A stretch of 64,000 bases of DNA from Oligoflexales bacterium (GTDB lineage: Bacteria > Bdellovibrionota_B > Oligoflexia > Oligoflexales > CAIYRB01): the NCBI GenBank assembly GCA_041736175.1, contig JBGSUI010000217.1:51565-115564 (forward strand), written 5' to 3'. The notes below the pieces were generated by a model that saw only the letters and a list, made by a program, of their open reading frames with translations, did no database searches and was not told where the DNA came from. Both the position numbers and the translations under genes were made by a program. Shown here piece by piece: positions 9,158 through 19,363 of the stretch; position 1 is the first letter of the stretch, and the number at the start of each line of letters is the position of its first letter.

Positions 9158-10057
9158 ATGGACCATTTTGTCAGTATCGATGGGACGCATGGACTAACTT
9201 CGGAACTAACCTCGGGGATCTCGCCCCTGGACCGGGGATTTCTCTATGGCGACAGCTTAATGGAAACTATCTTGGTGGTCAAAAAGCACCCCGTCCTCTT
9301 TGAGCAACATCTTGATCGGCTGCGTTGGGGCGCCGAGCAGCTTGGGATTCCCTTCCCCTGGACGATGCAGGACCTAGAGTTCGAGGTGCAATCGATCCTT
9401 GAAGCCTACTCCTTTGAGCGGGGGTCTTTGCGAATTGTCGTCACAGCTGGAGTAGGAACTGGCTTAGAGCGGACCGCTTTGGAGCCTCTCAGGCCAACAA
9501 AAATTATTTATTATGGTCCTTTGACTAATCGCCCACCCTCGGTCTATGAGGCTGGCGTCAGCTTAAAACGCAAGGTTGCTCCCTGGATCGATAGAAATCC
9601 GCGCATTAAACTCTGCCACTACGCACCAGAGATTGTTGCGCTCCAAAGGGCAAAAAAAGAAGGCTATGATGATATCCTCTGGAGTCGAGAGGATGGAGAG
9701 CTAATGGAATCGTCGGTCTCAAACCTTTTCCTTATTGCTCGCCAGGGAGACCAAGTGGAAATCGTAACTCCTCCAGCACACAGTGGGATCTTGCTCGGAG
9801 TTACTCGACAAAAAATGATCGATCTTCTTTATGGTGCAAAAATTCCAGTCACCGAGCAGATCGTCTATAGCGACGAGCTTCCTCGGTTTGATGAGGGGTT
9901 TTTGACCTCAAGCCTTTCGGGACTGATTCCCATACGATCCATAGACCGGCACCAGCTCCACACGGCGCGCGGCGGGTCGACTTTTAGACACCTAGAACGC
10001 CTTTACCGAACCTGGCTTTCGATCTTTGAAGCATCTAGGTTAGATAGAAACAACTAA
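9158..10057 (+). CDS. PLP-dependent aminotransferase class IV (aminodeoxychorismate lyase/BCAT-like)
   Basis: DRGFLYGDSLMET, HLDRL, ESSVSNLF, ILLGVTR and GFLTSS motifs. ATG 9158 has a GGAG RBS; an alternative start is at 9119. Confidence 0.88.
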   Translation: MDHFVSIDGTHGLTSELTSGISPLDRGFLYGDSLMETILVVKKHPVLFEQHLDRLRWGAEQLGIPFPWTMQDLEFEVQSILEAYSFERGSLRIVVTAGVGTGLERTALEPLRPTKIIYYGPLTNRPPSVYEAGVSLKRKVAPWIDRNPRIKLCHYAPEIVALQRAKKEGYDDILWSREDGELMESSVSNLFLIARQGDQVEIVTPPAHSGILLGVTRQKMIDLLYGAKIPVTEQIVYSDELPRFDEGFLTSSLSGLIPIRSIDRHQLHTARGGSTFRHLERLYRTWLSIFEASRLDRNN

Positions 10058-10070
10058 AAACGGCTTTCGA

Positions 10071-11051
10071 TCACTCCGGGCTAGGATAGGAGCTGATGCC
10101 GACCGTCAACGTTGATGTTGTCCCAACGATCATCGGGGTCACGGAGGGAACCCAAGTTCGGATCATAGACGACTGACCACCTGAAGTGGTCGCTGGACCT
10201 TTTACGTAGTAGCGCCGGGAGGCGATGCCATTATCATTGGTCATAGGATTGGGTGGTGGCGGTAAGGGTGCCGCCGCTATTTGGACAGGAGCTTCGACGG
10301 GTTTTGTCAAGATAGCTGTTTGAAAAGTCCCGAAATGGCGGGTAAATATACGTGCGTAGCCATTGACGATCTCAATATCACGTCGGGGAATAATCCCTGC
10401 AACATTGCGGTTTTCTGCAGCAATGTGGACATTGTAAAAGATTACCAGATTACTGAGAGGATCCGCGAGTCCAAACTGAGGGAATTCACCAACAAGAGAA
10501 GAACCCGTGTTGGGAAGCGGCATAGTTACGGAAAAAGGTGACGATGTATCAAGTGCCACGCTAGAGGTGACCACCATTGGTGTGGATTTAGAAGCCACCT
10601 GAGAATCGATGGCCAAACTTTGGAGAGATTGGTCTGTAGCAATCTGCTGTCCAGGTTGGACGCTAATCTCCGTATCGATCGCCAAGGACCCCGGGGGGAA
10701 TTCTATCTGCGATCCAGCGATTTTACTATTTTCTGAGGCTTGGATCACCTGGACATTGGGGTTATTAGCCTCAACTTTACCCTTTGATTTAGATCCTTCC
10801 AAAGTCACAGGTACGATCACCCGGTTGATAGTAGCCGACGTCTTAACAGAGTCCACAATCGTGTCGGCAGGACTCCGGGTGTTCTTGGAGCTTTCAGCCT
10901 GAGTCTGCATAAAAGATGGTCCCTTAAGGCAGGAAAAACTCGCAAGGGCCACTGCGATTGGGTAGAACAAGCTGTAGCCGACAAACTTGTTTTGAGGTTG
11001 ACCTTCTAAACTTTCTTTTAATTCTCTTTTTTGTCCGATGTAAAGTCCCAT
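10071..11051 (-). CDS. Hypothetical lipoprotein
   Basis: Long ORF with a hydrophobic segment ending in a lipobox-like ASFSC, a beta-rich core and a Pro-rich linker. Confidence 0.6.
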   Translation of the reverse strand: MGLYIGQKRELKESLEGQPQNKFVGYSLFYPIAVALASFSCLKGPSFMQTQAESSKNTRSPADTIVDSVKTSATINRVIVPVTLEGSKSKGKVEANNPNVQVIQASENSKIAGSQIEFPPGSLAIDTEISVQPGQQIATDQSLQSLAIDSQVASKSTPMVVTSSVALDTSSPFSVTMPLPNTGSSLVGEFPQFGLADPLSNLVIFYNVHIAAENRNVAGIIPRRDIEIVNGYARIFTRHFGTFQTAILTKPVEAPVQIAAAPLPPPPNPMTNDNGIASRRYYVKGPATTSGGQSSMIRTWVPSVTPMIVGTTSTLTVGISSYPSPE

Positions 11052-11292
11052 GATTAGACTCCTTGCTGGGTGTGGCGCACCACCTGTTTTGGTTGTTTTT
11101 TCGAAGTCGATTTTTTCAATGTTGTCATAACTCCTATGCCTGCATATGATAGATCCTTAAAGTCATATTCGGTCAATTTATAAAAAAATTAACACTCCGC
11201 TAGAATAAACAGCAAATTCAATGGTTTGTTGGTACCTTAAAACAAATGATGCCGAAAATATTTGAGCCGCTTTTTGAGACAAAGGAGAAAAA

Positions 11293-12258
11293 ATGGACCG
11301 TAACTTAGCATTAGAGTTTGTTCGAGTGACCGAGGGAGCGGCCATCGGTGCAGCGCGTTGGACAGGCCGAGGCGAAAAAAACGCAGCCGATGACGCCGCA
11401 GTGACCGCTATGCGTAACTGCTTTAACTCAATCGATTTTTGTGGAAAAATCATCATCGGCGAAGGTGAGATGGACGAAGCTCCCATGCTTTATATCGGCG
11501 AAACGGTCGGTCGGGGCCAAAGTGGTCAAAAAAAAATAGAGATCGCCTGTGATCCCTTAGAAGGTACATCGATTACGGCAAAAGGTGGCAGTGAAGCAAT
11601 CGCCGTGATTGCAGCGGCAGAAGAGGGTGGATTTCTCCATGCACCCGATATGTACATGAACAAAATTGCGGTGGGACCAGCGGCTAAGGGTAGGATCGAC
11701 ATCACAAAGAGCATCAGCTGGAACCTCAAGGCTGTTGCCGAGGGCTTGAAAAAAAATGTCCAAGATCTCATGGTTATCATTTTAGATCGTCCCCGCCATG
11801 CCGAGATTATCCAAGAATGTCGGACTCTGGGGACCAGGATTAGACTTATTGGTGACGGAGATGTTTCCGCAGCAGTCGCCACAGCGCAAGCAGACAGTGG
11901 TATCGATATTCTCTTAGGTATCGGTGGAGCCCCGGAAGGTGTGATTTCAGCAGCAGCTCTTAGGTGTTTAGGGGGTGATATGCAAGGACAGCTGATCTAC
12001 ACCACCGAAGCAGAAAAAGACCGCTGTGGGAAAATGGGAATTTCGGACCTTAACAAAGTCTATCAACTAGACGATCTCGCCAGAGGCAATGTTATGTTTA
12101 TTGCCACTGGCGTCACCAATGGCAGCTTTTTAAGGGGGGTAAGATTTAATGGGAGCGGTGCTGTGACCCATTCCATCGTTATGCGCTCTGAATCTGGTAC
12201 CATTAGAGAAATCCACACAAAACATCACTTTGCCTATAAGCCTAGACATGGATGGTGA
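11293..12258 (+). CDS. glpX: Fructose-1,6-bisphosphatase class II
   Basis: MDRNLALEFVRVTE, IGEGEMDEAPML, DPLEGT, APDMYM and GGAPEGV motifs, with a strong AAGGAG RBS. Confidence 0.96.
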   Translation: MDRNLALEFVRVTEGAAIGAARWTGRGEKNAADDAAVTAMRNCFNSIDFCGKIIIGEGEMDEAPMLYIGETVGRGQSGQKKIEIACDPLEGTSITAKGGSEAIAVIAAAEEGGFLHAPDMYMNKIAVGPAAKGRIDITKSISWNLKAVAEGLKKNVQDLMVIILDRPRHAEIIQECRTLGTRIRLIGDGDVSAAVATAQADSGIDILLGIGGAPEGVISAAALRCLGGDMQGQLIYTTEAEKDRCGKMGISDLNKVYQLDDLARGNVMFIATGVTNGSFLRGVRFNGSGAVTHSIVMRSESGTIREIHTKHHFAYKPRHGW

Positions 12259-12295
12259 ATATCTCACGGTGTCACAAATCCGATTTTCACGAGCT

Positions 12296-12856
12296 TTATT
12301 TTTTGCTGCCTGACGCCTGACCTTGGATCTCTTGGATTTCTTGGTCCCGCGTCGCTTTTGCTTTTTCGATGACTGTCTGAACCGATGCTGTTTGCTGGTT
12401 TTCGGACTGCTTCCGAACTTCTTCCAAAAGATTATGCCTAGTTGTGTAAGCGGCATTATTAAGGACGAGCTGCTTACCCTTGCGATTGGCCAGGTTAAAT
12501 ATCAGCGGCGCTTTGAGGTTCGCCGTCATATTCTGCGGATTGGACGGGATGGTGATAATCACCGATATCACTGCCTCTTCCTCTGACTTAAGCTCTAGGT
12601 CTAAAACCTCTGCTTCAGTCACTTCGACCATATAATCAGGTTTAAACATAAGTGGATTTATCAGTACAAAAGCTATAGCTCCATCATCGACCGACTGGAG
12701 CCATTTAAAAGGGGACTCTTTGTCGTGATCGAGTAGCACATATTTTTTGAGCTCTGGAAAGCCAATCAAGCCATGAGGTAACTGGATAAGATCTTCAGGT
12801 TTGACATCAATATCACCAAACCTAGTAGTTGTTACCTTTAGCAAGAGTGCCTCCAC
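12296..12856 (-). CDS. fliW: Flagellar assembly factor FliW
   Basis: TTRFG, GLIGF, PFKWLQS and TANLKAPL motifs. Adjacent to csrA. Confidence 0.93.
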   Translation of the reverse strand: MEALLLKVTTTRFGDIDVKPEDLIQLPHGLIGFPELKKYVLLDHDKESPFKWLQSVDDGAIAFVLINPLMFKPDYMVEVTEAEVLDLELKSEEEAVISVIITIPSNPQNMTANLKAPLIFNLANRKGKQLVLNNAAYTTRHNLLEEVRKQSENQQTASVQTVIEKAKATRDQEIQEIQGQASGSKK

Positions 12857-12954
12857 CTAAGCCACATTGAGGGCCCAAAAAAACGACTAATTGACAGGTT
12901 CCTATTTACTTTAACGTATTGAGGGTACTATTTTCAACTGTTATGCCTAAAACT

Positions 12955-13260
12955 TCACGTATCAGTCGGATCAGTCTTGGTGCGACTGAGGTGTTTATGA
13001 TGTGTCTTAAGTGGAGCTTGTTCGCCTGTAACATTTTTTCCAATAATCAAAGATGCTTGCGAAACCGTCGTTGTAGTCGTCTTAGATGCTGCAAGATTTT
13101 CGTCCTGAACTTTTTGGTATATCTCTTCTCTATGGACCGCTGTCGCTGGGGAGGCTTTAATGCCGATCCTTACCTGTTTACCTTTAATCTGCATAATCAC
13201 TATTTTTATGTCATCACCAATCGCTATACCTTCTCCGACTTTTCGTGTAAGTACCAGCAA
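12955..13260 (-). CDS. csrA: Carbon storage regulator CsrA with C-terminal extension
   Basis: [15 protein letters not shown]...VRIGIKA...VHREEIY. Confidence 0.95.
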   Translation of the reverse strand: MLVLTRKVGEGIAIGDDIKIVIMQIKGKQVRIGIKASPATAVHREEIYQKVQDENLAASKTTTTTVSQASLIIGKNVTGEQAPLKTHHKHLSRTKTDPTDT

Positions 13261-13335
13261 TTGAGAACCCTCCCTGGTTCTATGTTAAGAGTAGCATATT
13301 TCTAGTTAGTATGAAAATGCCTTGGAACAGAGTTT

Positions 13336-14235
13336 TTACTGTAAAAAGTTTAAGAGGGAAGGTTGAAGCAGTTTGGTCGAAGAAAGCAAAGTGGACTGTA
13401 GAGTGGTTTCGGTGCGTTTAAATTCGGATGTCGCATTGTAAAAATCTGCGTCTTGGACTTTCGATAGGTTAGTACGCAGACTAACTTCCTCTAGGGCCAA
13501 ACGATCTTGGGCGCTCTTAAGGGAGTTCCACTGGGCCCCAACAGTCGCTTGGCTACTGGTGGTTTTTTCGATCTGGTGGTCTAGCTCCGTCATGGCCTTG
13601 TGGATCGCGGTCTTATCATTTGAGGCCATGCCGTCGAAGAGCACTTCGAGGGAATGAACCATATTAAAATGGCCATTCTGGCGATCATCCGGAGAGGCTT
13701 CAAATAAATAGCGTCCGGGCATATTGACTTGTCTAAAGTCTCCTGAGGACACTTGTAGATAAAGCTGTCCATCGTCCCCAAGAAAATCCCCATCGAGACT
13801 TAAAGGTGGGGTTTGGTTGCGGAATCCCCCAAAGACAAACCTTCCTTTAAAAGTTGTATTGGCTATCTGTACGACCTCATTCATGATTTCCCGGATCTCT
13901 CTAGAGGTCGCTTCTTTCGCTTTCGCGTCATTCGTATCATTCGCCATACCGATGGCTAGTTCTTTAGCGCGTATGAGGGATGTCCCCATCCTTTCCAATG
14001 AATTTTCTGTCACCTCCAAGAGACCCTTGGAATAATCAATATTTTTTTGAAATTGGACAACATCGGTAATCGAATCTCTGAGCCGGATAATCTGGGTTGC
14101 TTTGGTGGGATCATCTGATAGGAGACGAACGTCTTTTTGCGACGATAGCCTCTCCATAGCATCTGCATTGCCTGTCTTGGCATCGTTGACCCTGTTTTGA
14201 ACGATATCAAATCTCATTCGCTCGGAGACACGCAT
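13336..14235 (-). CDS. flgL: Flagellar hook-associated protein 3 FlgL
   Basis: Flagellin-like N-terminus (LSDDP, ANTTFKGRFVFGG) and C-terminal SLLNFL, directly downstream of flgK. Confidence 0.9.
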   Translation of the reverse strand: MRVSERMRFDIVQNRVNDAKTGNADAMERLSSQKDVRLLSDDPTKATQIIRLRDSITDVVQFQKNIDYSKGLLEVTENSLERMGTSLIRAKELAIGMANDTNDAKAKEATSREIREIMNEVVQIANTTFKGRFVFGGFRNQTPPLSLDGDFLGDDGQLYLQVSSGDFRQVNMPGRYLFEASPDDRQNGHFNMVHSLEVLFDGMASNDKTAIHKAMTELDHQIEKTTSSQATVGAQWNSLKSAQDRLALEEVSLRTNLSKVQDADFYNATSEFKRTETTLQSTLLSSTKLLQPSLLNFLQ

Positions 14236-14269
14236 GAAATTTAGTTCCTTATGAAAGGCTCTTCAAAAT

Positions 14270-15694
14270 TTACCGCTTTAGGCTTAGCACAGTTTCAATC
14301 ATTTCGTCACAAGTTGTGATCACTTTTGATGACGCAGTGAAGCAAGCCTGCCACTTAATCATGTTGGTTGCTTCTTCATCTAACGATACACCAGAAACGG
14401 CCTCTCGTCTTCTATTGAGATCATCTACCATTATTTTGTTTATTTCATCTACATGTCCGGCACGGACAACATCCAGTCCTAAGGCGCCTGCAAAGCTCGA
14501 ATAGAATTCGTTAAAAGTGACCATGTCTTCGCCGAAAAGCTTAGAATCCTTAAGCTTAATGATTCTATTTATATTGACATTGTCCCCAGGAGCCATTGGG
14601 GTAGAACCCGCAGCGATCGCTTCATTGCTCTGTATAATGATATCGTCAAGATAAAATCCCTTAGCAGCGCCATCAATCGAATCAGGCTCCACAAAAAAAT
14701 TGCGGCCATTTGACTCTGCAAATTGTTTTAGCCCATACCCTCCTCTGTGAACCGAATTGACCTGGGTGGCCACTTCATATGCGAGTAAATTATTGTTATA
14801 TATTAGATCTGGAATAGTTGTATCCCGGACCCCAAGATACCCGGCAAGACTGCCTGTGGTTATTTTTTCGCCGATATTTCTGACCCTCTGTTGTTCCCAA
14901 TCTGTGACCGTAACGTCATAAAGTCCGTCGTTTTCTGTATTTCTGATGACACCTACCACCGAAGAATTTCCACCATCCACAAGTGTCACTTGGGACGGTC
15001 CGCGAACCATCAGCATACCATATTGGTCTTCGTAATATTGAACATCAATTTTAGTAGATATGTCCCTCAGTAGCAGGTCTCTTTGGTCGCGAAAGTCGCA
15101 TGCCGACTGTGCCTGGCCGGCTTCACTAACCTGAATCTTGACGTTTAATTCTGCTATTGATTTGAGCTGAGAAGAAAGTTCGTCGGCCACTTGCTGAACT
15201 TTTTCGTTAAGCCCACTTTGATGAATCTTCAGTTCTGCGTCTGTTCGCTGAAAGGCTTGGGCTAAATCTTTGGCAGACTCAACAACTGAGGTCCGAACCA
15301 CGAAGTCCTCTGGAAAATTAGACAAATCTTCCAGTTGGGTCCAAAACTTTGATATTTCGTCAGGAACAGTCGCTTGGATCTCGGGACTAAAAACTAGTTC
15401 TAGAGCCTTCATACCTTCGAGACTTGCTTGACTCATACCCCTATCTTGATTTTGCCTAGTCAACTGATTTTCTATAAATTTATCATGGGCCCGGGTGATG
15501 CTTCCGACGTAGACTCCATTGCCAATAAGCAAATTGCGGACATCCAGAGGTTCTCGCTGCTTGACATTGACTTTTTGGCGCGAATAACCTTCAACTTGGG
15601 CATTAGCTATGTTATGCCCTGTTGTATCGACACCCTGACGTGAAGCCTGTAAACTATCGGCTCCTAAATTAAGGATGTGGAATAGACCAGCCAT
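14270..15694 (-). CDS. flgK: Flagellar hook-associated protein 1 FlgK
   Basis: TGHNIANAQVEGYSRQ, DQRDLL and SGVSLDEE motifs. Confidence 0.95.
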   Translation of the reverse strand: MAGLFHILNLGADSLQASRQGVDTTGHNIANAQVEGYSRQKVNVKQREPLDVRNLLIGNGVYVGSITRAHDKFIENQLTRQNQDRGMSQASLEGMKALELVFSPEIQATVPDEISKFWTQLEDLSNFPEDFVVRTSVVESAKDLAQAFQRTDAELKIHQSGLNEKVQQVADELSSQLKSIAELNVKIQVSEAGQAQSACDFRDQRDLLLRDISTKIDVQYYEDQYGMLMVRGPSQVTLVDGGNSSVVGVIRNTENDGLYDVTVTDWEQQRVRNIGEKITTGSLAGYLGVRDTTIPDLIYNNNLLAYEVATQVNSVHRGGYGLKQFAESNGRNFFVEPDSIDGAAKGFYLDDIIIQSNEAIAAGSTPMAPGDNVNINRIIKLKDSKLFGEDMVTFNEFYSSFAGALGLDVVRAGHVDEINKIMVDDLNRRREAVSGVSLDEEATNMIKWQACFTASSKVITTCDEMIETVLSLKR

Positions 15695-15700
15695 TATGGT

Positions 15701-16267
15701 TTATACCCTTACAGAGAAACCGTGGTGTCGGCCTGTGATTTTTTTAGTACCATCGGCGCTATAGGAACCCTCGACTTCCTCTTTAATTTCCTGCCAAAAT
15801 TTGTAGCTTTGATTGTAGTTTTCCTGCATTTTTGTCACTAATAGCCTGTTGACTTCTAGAAGAGGCTTAACTTTTCGAGCTATCTCAATTAATTTTTCGG
15901 TAGCGGAAACTAGATTTTTTGATTGGTGCTCAAGAACCTGATGTGCAAGTGAGTTATCAGGATCTTTGATATAAAAAAAACCGACCAATTCTGATAGATT
16001 TCCTGGCTTTTTGCCGGTTATTTTTGCGACTTCATCCGAAATATTAGCCATGGATTCAAATGCCATCTCTATCTTTGCTGTAATCGTTTCTTTTGTATAT
16101 AGAATGGTTTCAGCATCAGCAATACGACCGGTCTTAATAGCTTTAAGCTCCTGGTCAAGTATTGGGGGAAGCGACTGGTAGGAATCTGCGGCATCGACAA
16201 TCGCACCCTTGAGTTGAGAGGAGAGTGAAATTAACGACTCAATTTCATGTGGATTCTTTCCAGTCAC
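15701..16267 (-). CDS. flgN: FlgN-like flagellar export chaperone
   Basis: Helical protein located between flgM and flgK, with an N-x-x-L segment and a Tyr near the C-terminus. The call rests mainly on synteny. Confidence 0.6.
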   Translation of the reverse strand: MTGKNPHEIESLISLSSQLKGAIVDAADSYQSLPPILDQELKAIKTGRIADAETILYTKETITAKIEMAFESMANISDEVAKITGKKPGNLSELVGFFYIKDPDNSLAHQVLEHQSKNLVSATEKLIEIARKVKPLLEVNRLLVTKMQENYNQSYKFWQEIKEEVEGSYSADGTKKITGRHHGFSVRV

Positions 16268-16345
16268 GAAGGGATATCCTTTCTAAATTGTTTTAGAGAA
16301 ACCTAATGGGGAGAGATATTCTTAGGTGAATAACCTTGGGAGGCC

Positions 16346-16717
16346 TTATTCGGGATTCTCCGCAAGCTGCTCTTTGATAGCTTCTCGAAGCATCCCATCT
16401 GCGATATTTCCTGAATCAATTTGGTAGGTCCCGTTGTCGATCTGCTCTTTGAGTTGTTTGACACGTTCCTCGCGAACATCAGGGGTATTTTTCGCTATAT
16501 CAAAGGCTTTTTGCATCGATTGGGCTCTTTCTTTGCCCTTGCTAGATATCTCTACATCAAAGGTACCTTCCTTAAGGGCCGCACTGGCTTTATTTTGGGC
16601 GCCTTTTGTTGCCTGACCTTGTTGGACGGGGGTTCCCTTTACGCTCTGTGCCTTTGAACCTTCAGCGGGCGTGGGTCCTAGCTGTGGTCCATTTTTATCG
16701 ATTCTTGAGGTAGACAT
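16346..16717 (-). CDS. flgM: Anti-sigma-28 factor FlgM
   Basis: VEISS and DVREERVKQLKEQIDNGTYQIDSGNIADGML motifs. Confidence 0.92.
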   Translation of the reverse strand: MSTSRIDKNGPQLGPTPAEGSKAQSVKGTPVQQGQATKGAQNKASAALKEGTFDVEISSKGKERAQSMQKAFDIAKNTPDVREERVKQLKEQIDNGTYQIDSGNIADGMLREAIKEQLAENPE

Positions 16718-16921
16718 AAACGGACTCCCTTCGAAACTCGATGCAAAAAAGAGCGGATATTACACAATATAATTCTGATGGTCAGTGTGATCTAGGATGA
16801 TCGTATATTAGTATGGATTTATTTTCCCCTTTTTCTATATAAACCGCAACCAGGCTAGTTTTGTCTATGCTTCAACTCTTTGTCCAACTCATTCCATTGG
16901 ATTTTAATCTCGAGCCGCCCA

Positions 16922-17281
16922 CTACTTGGTGTTTTGGAGGTATGCCTCCTTGCCGAGGTTCTGGTTTTGTACTTTTAGAAAATTTTCAATACTTTCAGCA
17001 ATCCCAGTATGGCGGTTTGCCGCTAAAATCTTTGAATACTCGTCGTCTAGCATACTGGTATAGATTTTCATAGCGTTGCTTTTAGACATAAGACCCGAAT
17101 CTGGCACGGTATCTCTCATTGCTTTTAAAACGATCCCCAAAAAGAGAGATTCAAATTCTTCAGCTACCTTTTCAACATTTTCAGGAATCTTGGCATCTTG
17201 CACAAGGTCTCGCTTTTTAAACTCGCCGATTTTCTGGTCGAGTAGATTAGGTAAAGGTGCAAAATCTTGAATTCTAGTCAT
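16922..17281 (-). CDS. flgJ: FlgJ rod-binding protein (no muramidase domain)
   Basis: AEEFESLF..VLKAMRDTV and IYTSMLDDEYS motifs. Start placed at ATG 17281, just after the flgI stop. Confidence 0.85.
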   Translation of the reverse strand: MTRIQDFAPLPNLLDQKIGEFKKRDLVQDAKIPENVEKVAEEFESLFLGIVLKAMRDTVPDSGLMSKSNAMKIYTSMLDDEYSKILAANRHTGIAESIENFLKVQNQNLGKEAYLQNTK

Positions 17282-17288
17282 AGAATCC

Positions 17289-18299
17289 TCATATAAATTT
17301 GAGTTCGGCATTGAGCGCGCCTGCTGCATGGAGCGACTGTAAAATTCCAATCAGATCAGGAGGCCTAACTCCTATAGCATTGAGGGTCTCGATCAACTCT
17401 CCTACTGTTGTGGCTGGTAGATTCACCAGGCTTTTAGGTCCTGGCTTATTGCCGACTCGAATCGTAAGATCACCATGGGCGATTGCTACCGGTGAAATCA
17501 TAACCTCATTCCCCATGACGACCGTGCCGGTTCGTTCGTTGAGGACAATCGTCGCTTTAGAATCTGTTTCAACTTTCAACGATTCAATTTCAGCCATAAA
17601 TTCGACAGTTTTATCACCAAAAAACTCAGGAATTCTAACAATAAGGCTACTATTATCGACCGATTCCGCATAAAATCCATTGAGGTGTTTATTGACGACT
17701 TGGGCCACCCGAGAACATGTGGTGAAATCTGGATTGTTTAATGTAAAAGTTATCTTTTGGCTACTATCGATCACTGGATTAAACTCTTTTTCGATAATTC
17801 CACCCGATGGCGAACGAGCCACAGTCAACACCTGGGGGCCGGACCCCGAGGCCTGTCCCACGACAATAGGCCCTTGGGCCATAGCGTAGATCTCACCATC
17901 CGCAGTTTTTAAGGGGGTCAGGACAAGCGTACCCCCAGCCAGGCTTTTAGCGTCGCCTAAAGCTGACACTTTGATATCAATTCTTTCGCCTATTTTTGCA
18001 AAGGGTGGAAGCTCTGAAGTCACAAGGACAACCGCAGAACTCCCCGATACGACATCTTCTAAATTTGTTTTCATGCCCATTCTGGTCAACATATTTGCAT
18101 AGGCTTTATTGGTCGATACGGATTTTTTAGAATCGCCCGTGCCTCGTAAACCAACTACGAGGCCAAAACCTGTTAAATAATTATTTCTCAACCCCCTTAC
18201 CTGGACTAAATCTTTAAGTCGCACCGACACACCATATACAGGCTTTAGACCTAAGCAAAAGCCAATGATCACCATAATAAAAGTGGTGGTCTTATTCAT
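17289..18299 (-). CDS. flgI: Flagellar P-ring protein FlgI
   Basis: RLKDL, GFGLVVGLRGTGD, GDAKSLAGGTL, NERTGTVV and AGALNAEL motifs. Confidence 0.95.
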   Translation of the reverse strand: MNKTTTFIMVIIGFCLGLKPVYGVSVRLKDLVQVRGLRNNYLTGFGLVVGLRGTGDSKKSVSTNKAYANMLTRMGMKTNLEDVVSGSSAVVLVTSELPPFAKIGERIDIKVSALGDAKSLAGGTLVLTPLKTADGEIYAMAQGPIVVGQASGSGPQVLTVARSPSGGIIEKEFNPVIDSSQKITFTLNNPDFTTCSRVAQVVNKHLNGFYAESVDNSSLIVRIPEFFGDKTVEFMAEIESLKVETDSKATIVLNERTGTVVMGNEVMISPVAIAHGDLTIRVGNKPGPKSLVNLPATTVGELIETLNAIGVRPPDLIGILQSLHAAGALNAELKFI

Positions 18300-19347
18300 C
18301 TTTGCTGCCCTTTTTTTCCGAAGACTTCTCTTTTTCTGCTTCAGCAGCATCTTCTAATGCCTGTTGCTGTTCTTCTATAGTTTGTTTTTGTTCTTCAATG
18401 ACTTCTGACGATTCTTCAATTTTTTGCTTTGCCGTTTTTAGTTTGTTTTCAGACTCTTGTCTTTTTTGAGATAGTTCTTCTCTTTGTTTGGCTATGAGCT
18501 TGCGTTCGGAACTGAGAGTTTTGATCCGTTCTTCCAGTCTTTGCTTAGTTTCTTGCATTTTAGATCTTTGATCCGCAAGCTCAGCAGCAACTTTTGATTT
18601 AGCTTCGTTGAAACCGCTCAAACGCAGGGAGTATTCGTCTTGCCAACCCGAAGAGTGCCGCTGTATCGCCTCATCCTCGCGAAATTCGTTGAACTTGACC
18701 TCAGTGAGATCGTCGGTTGTTAAAGGATCGCCCGATGCCAGTTTTTCGTAAGGAATTTTGGCTTCAGCAGATAGATTATGAAAATCGTCGACGGTCTGGG
18801 AGTTTCGTTCGACCAGGGCAAGCACATCACCATTTGGATATTTATGAGTGATCTTCATCTTAAAATCTTTAAGCAGTGACACTTCACCTTTTTCTTTAGG
18901 AGCTAAATCAGGTAAAGTCTTTAATAATTCGTCTTCTGGCACAGCTGGATCGCTCGGTTTAGGCGCGGAGGTAGGTTTGGCATTTGGGTCCTGTGTATTG
19001 TTTCGAGTTGACGCAATATTGACGGTCACATATCTACCAACCTTCATAGGACTGGCTGGTGTAAACAGGTAATTTCCTTCGCTCTCAGGATTGAAGAGTG
19101 ATCCCGTCGTATTCGGCTTATCTCGACTCTCTATTGAGATCTTTTTCTGTTTTACGTAAATCTCAGGTTTTGGTGAGTTTTCATCGTTTCCACGGCTCTG
19201 GCCAACTAGCTTATCGGTAGGTTTTTCAAAGAGATCTGGATTTCTGCTTGAGTATTTGACCACAGTTGGATTGCATTGGATCAATACAAGGGATCCCAGC
19301 AGGGGACCTATCAAGATCCAAAGTTTAGTTGATTGAATTTTTACCAT
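18292..19347 (-). CDS. flgH: Divergent flagellar L-ring protein FlgH with C-terminal coiled coil
   Basis: Sits between flgA and flgI. Lipobox-like LIQC, TGSLF, VGRYVTVNI and YPNGDV resemble FlgH motifs, followed by a ~90-aa E/K/Q-rich tail. Confidence 0.6.
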   Translation of the reverse strand: MVKIQSTKLWILIGPLLGSLVLIQCNPTVVKYSSRNPDLFEKPTDKLVGQSRGNDENSPKPEIYVKQKKISIESRDKPNTTGSLFNPESEGNYLFTPASPMKVGRYVTVNIASTRNNTQDPNAKPTSAPKPSDPAVPEDELLKTLPDLAPKEKGEVSLLKDFKMKITHKYPNGDVLALVERNSQTVDDFHNLSAEAKIPYEKLASGDPLTTDDLTEVKFNEFREDEAIQRHSSGWQDEYSLRLSGFNEAKSKVAAELADQRSKMQETKQRLEERIKTLSSERKLIAKQREELSQKRQESENKLKTAKQKIEESSEVIEEQKQTIEEQQQALEDAAEAEKEKSSEKKGSKDE

Positions 19348-19363
19348 CAAGACCTGCCAGATT

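Noticed and set aside
8915..9303. ORFs 8915-9190 (-) and 8959-9303 (+)
   Set aside because: They span the operator repeats and direct repeat, overlap real genes and have no motifs.
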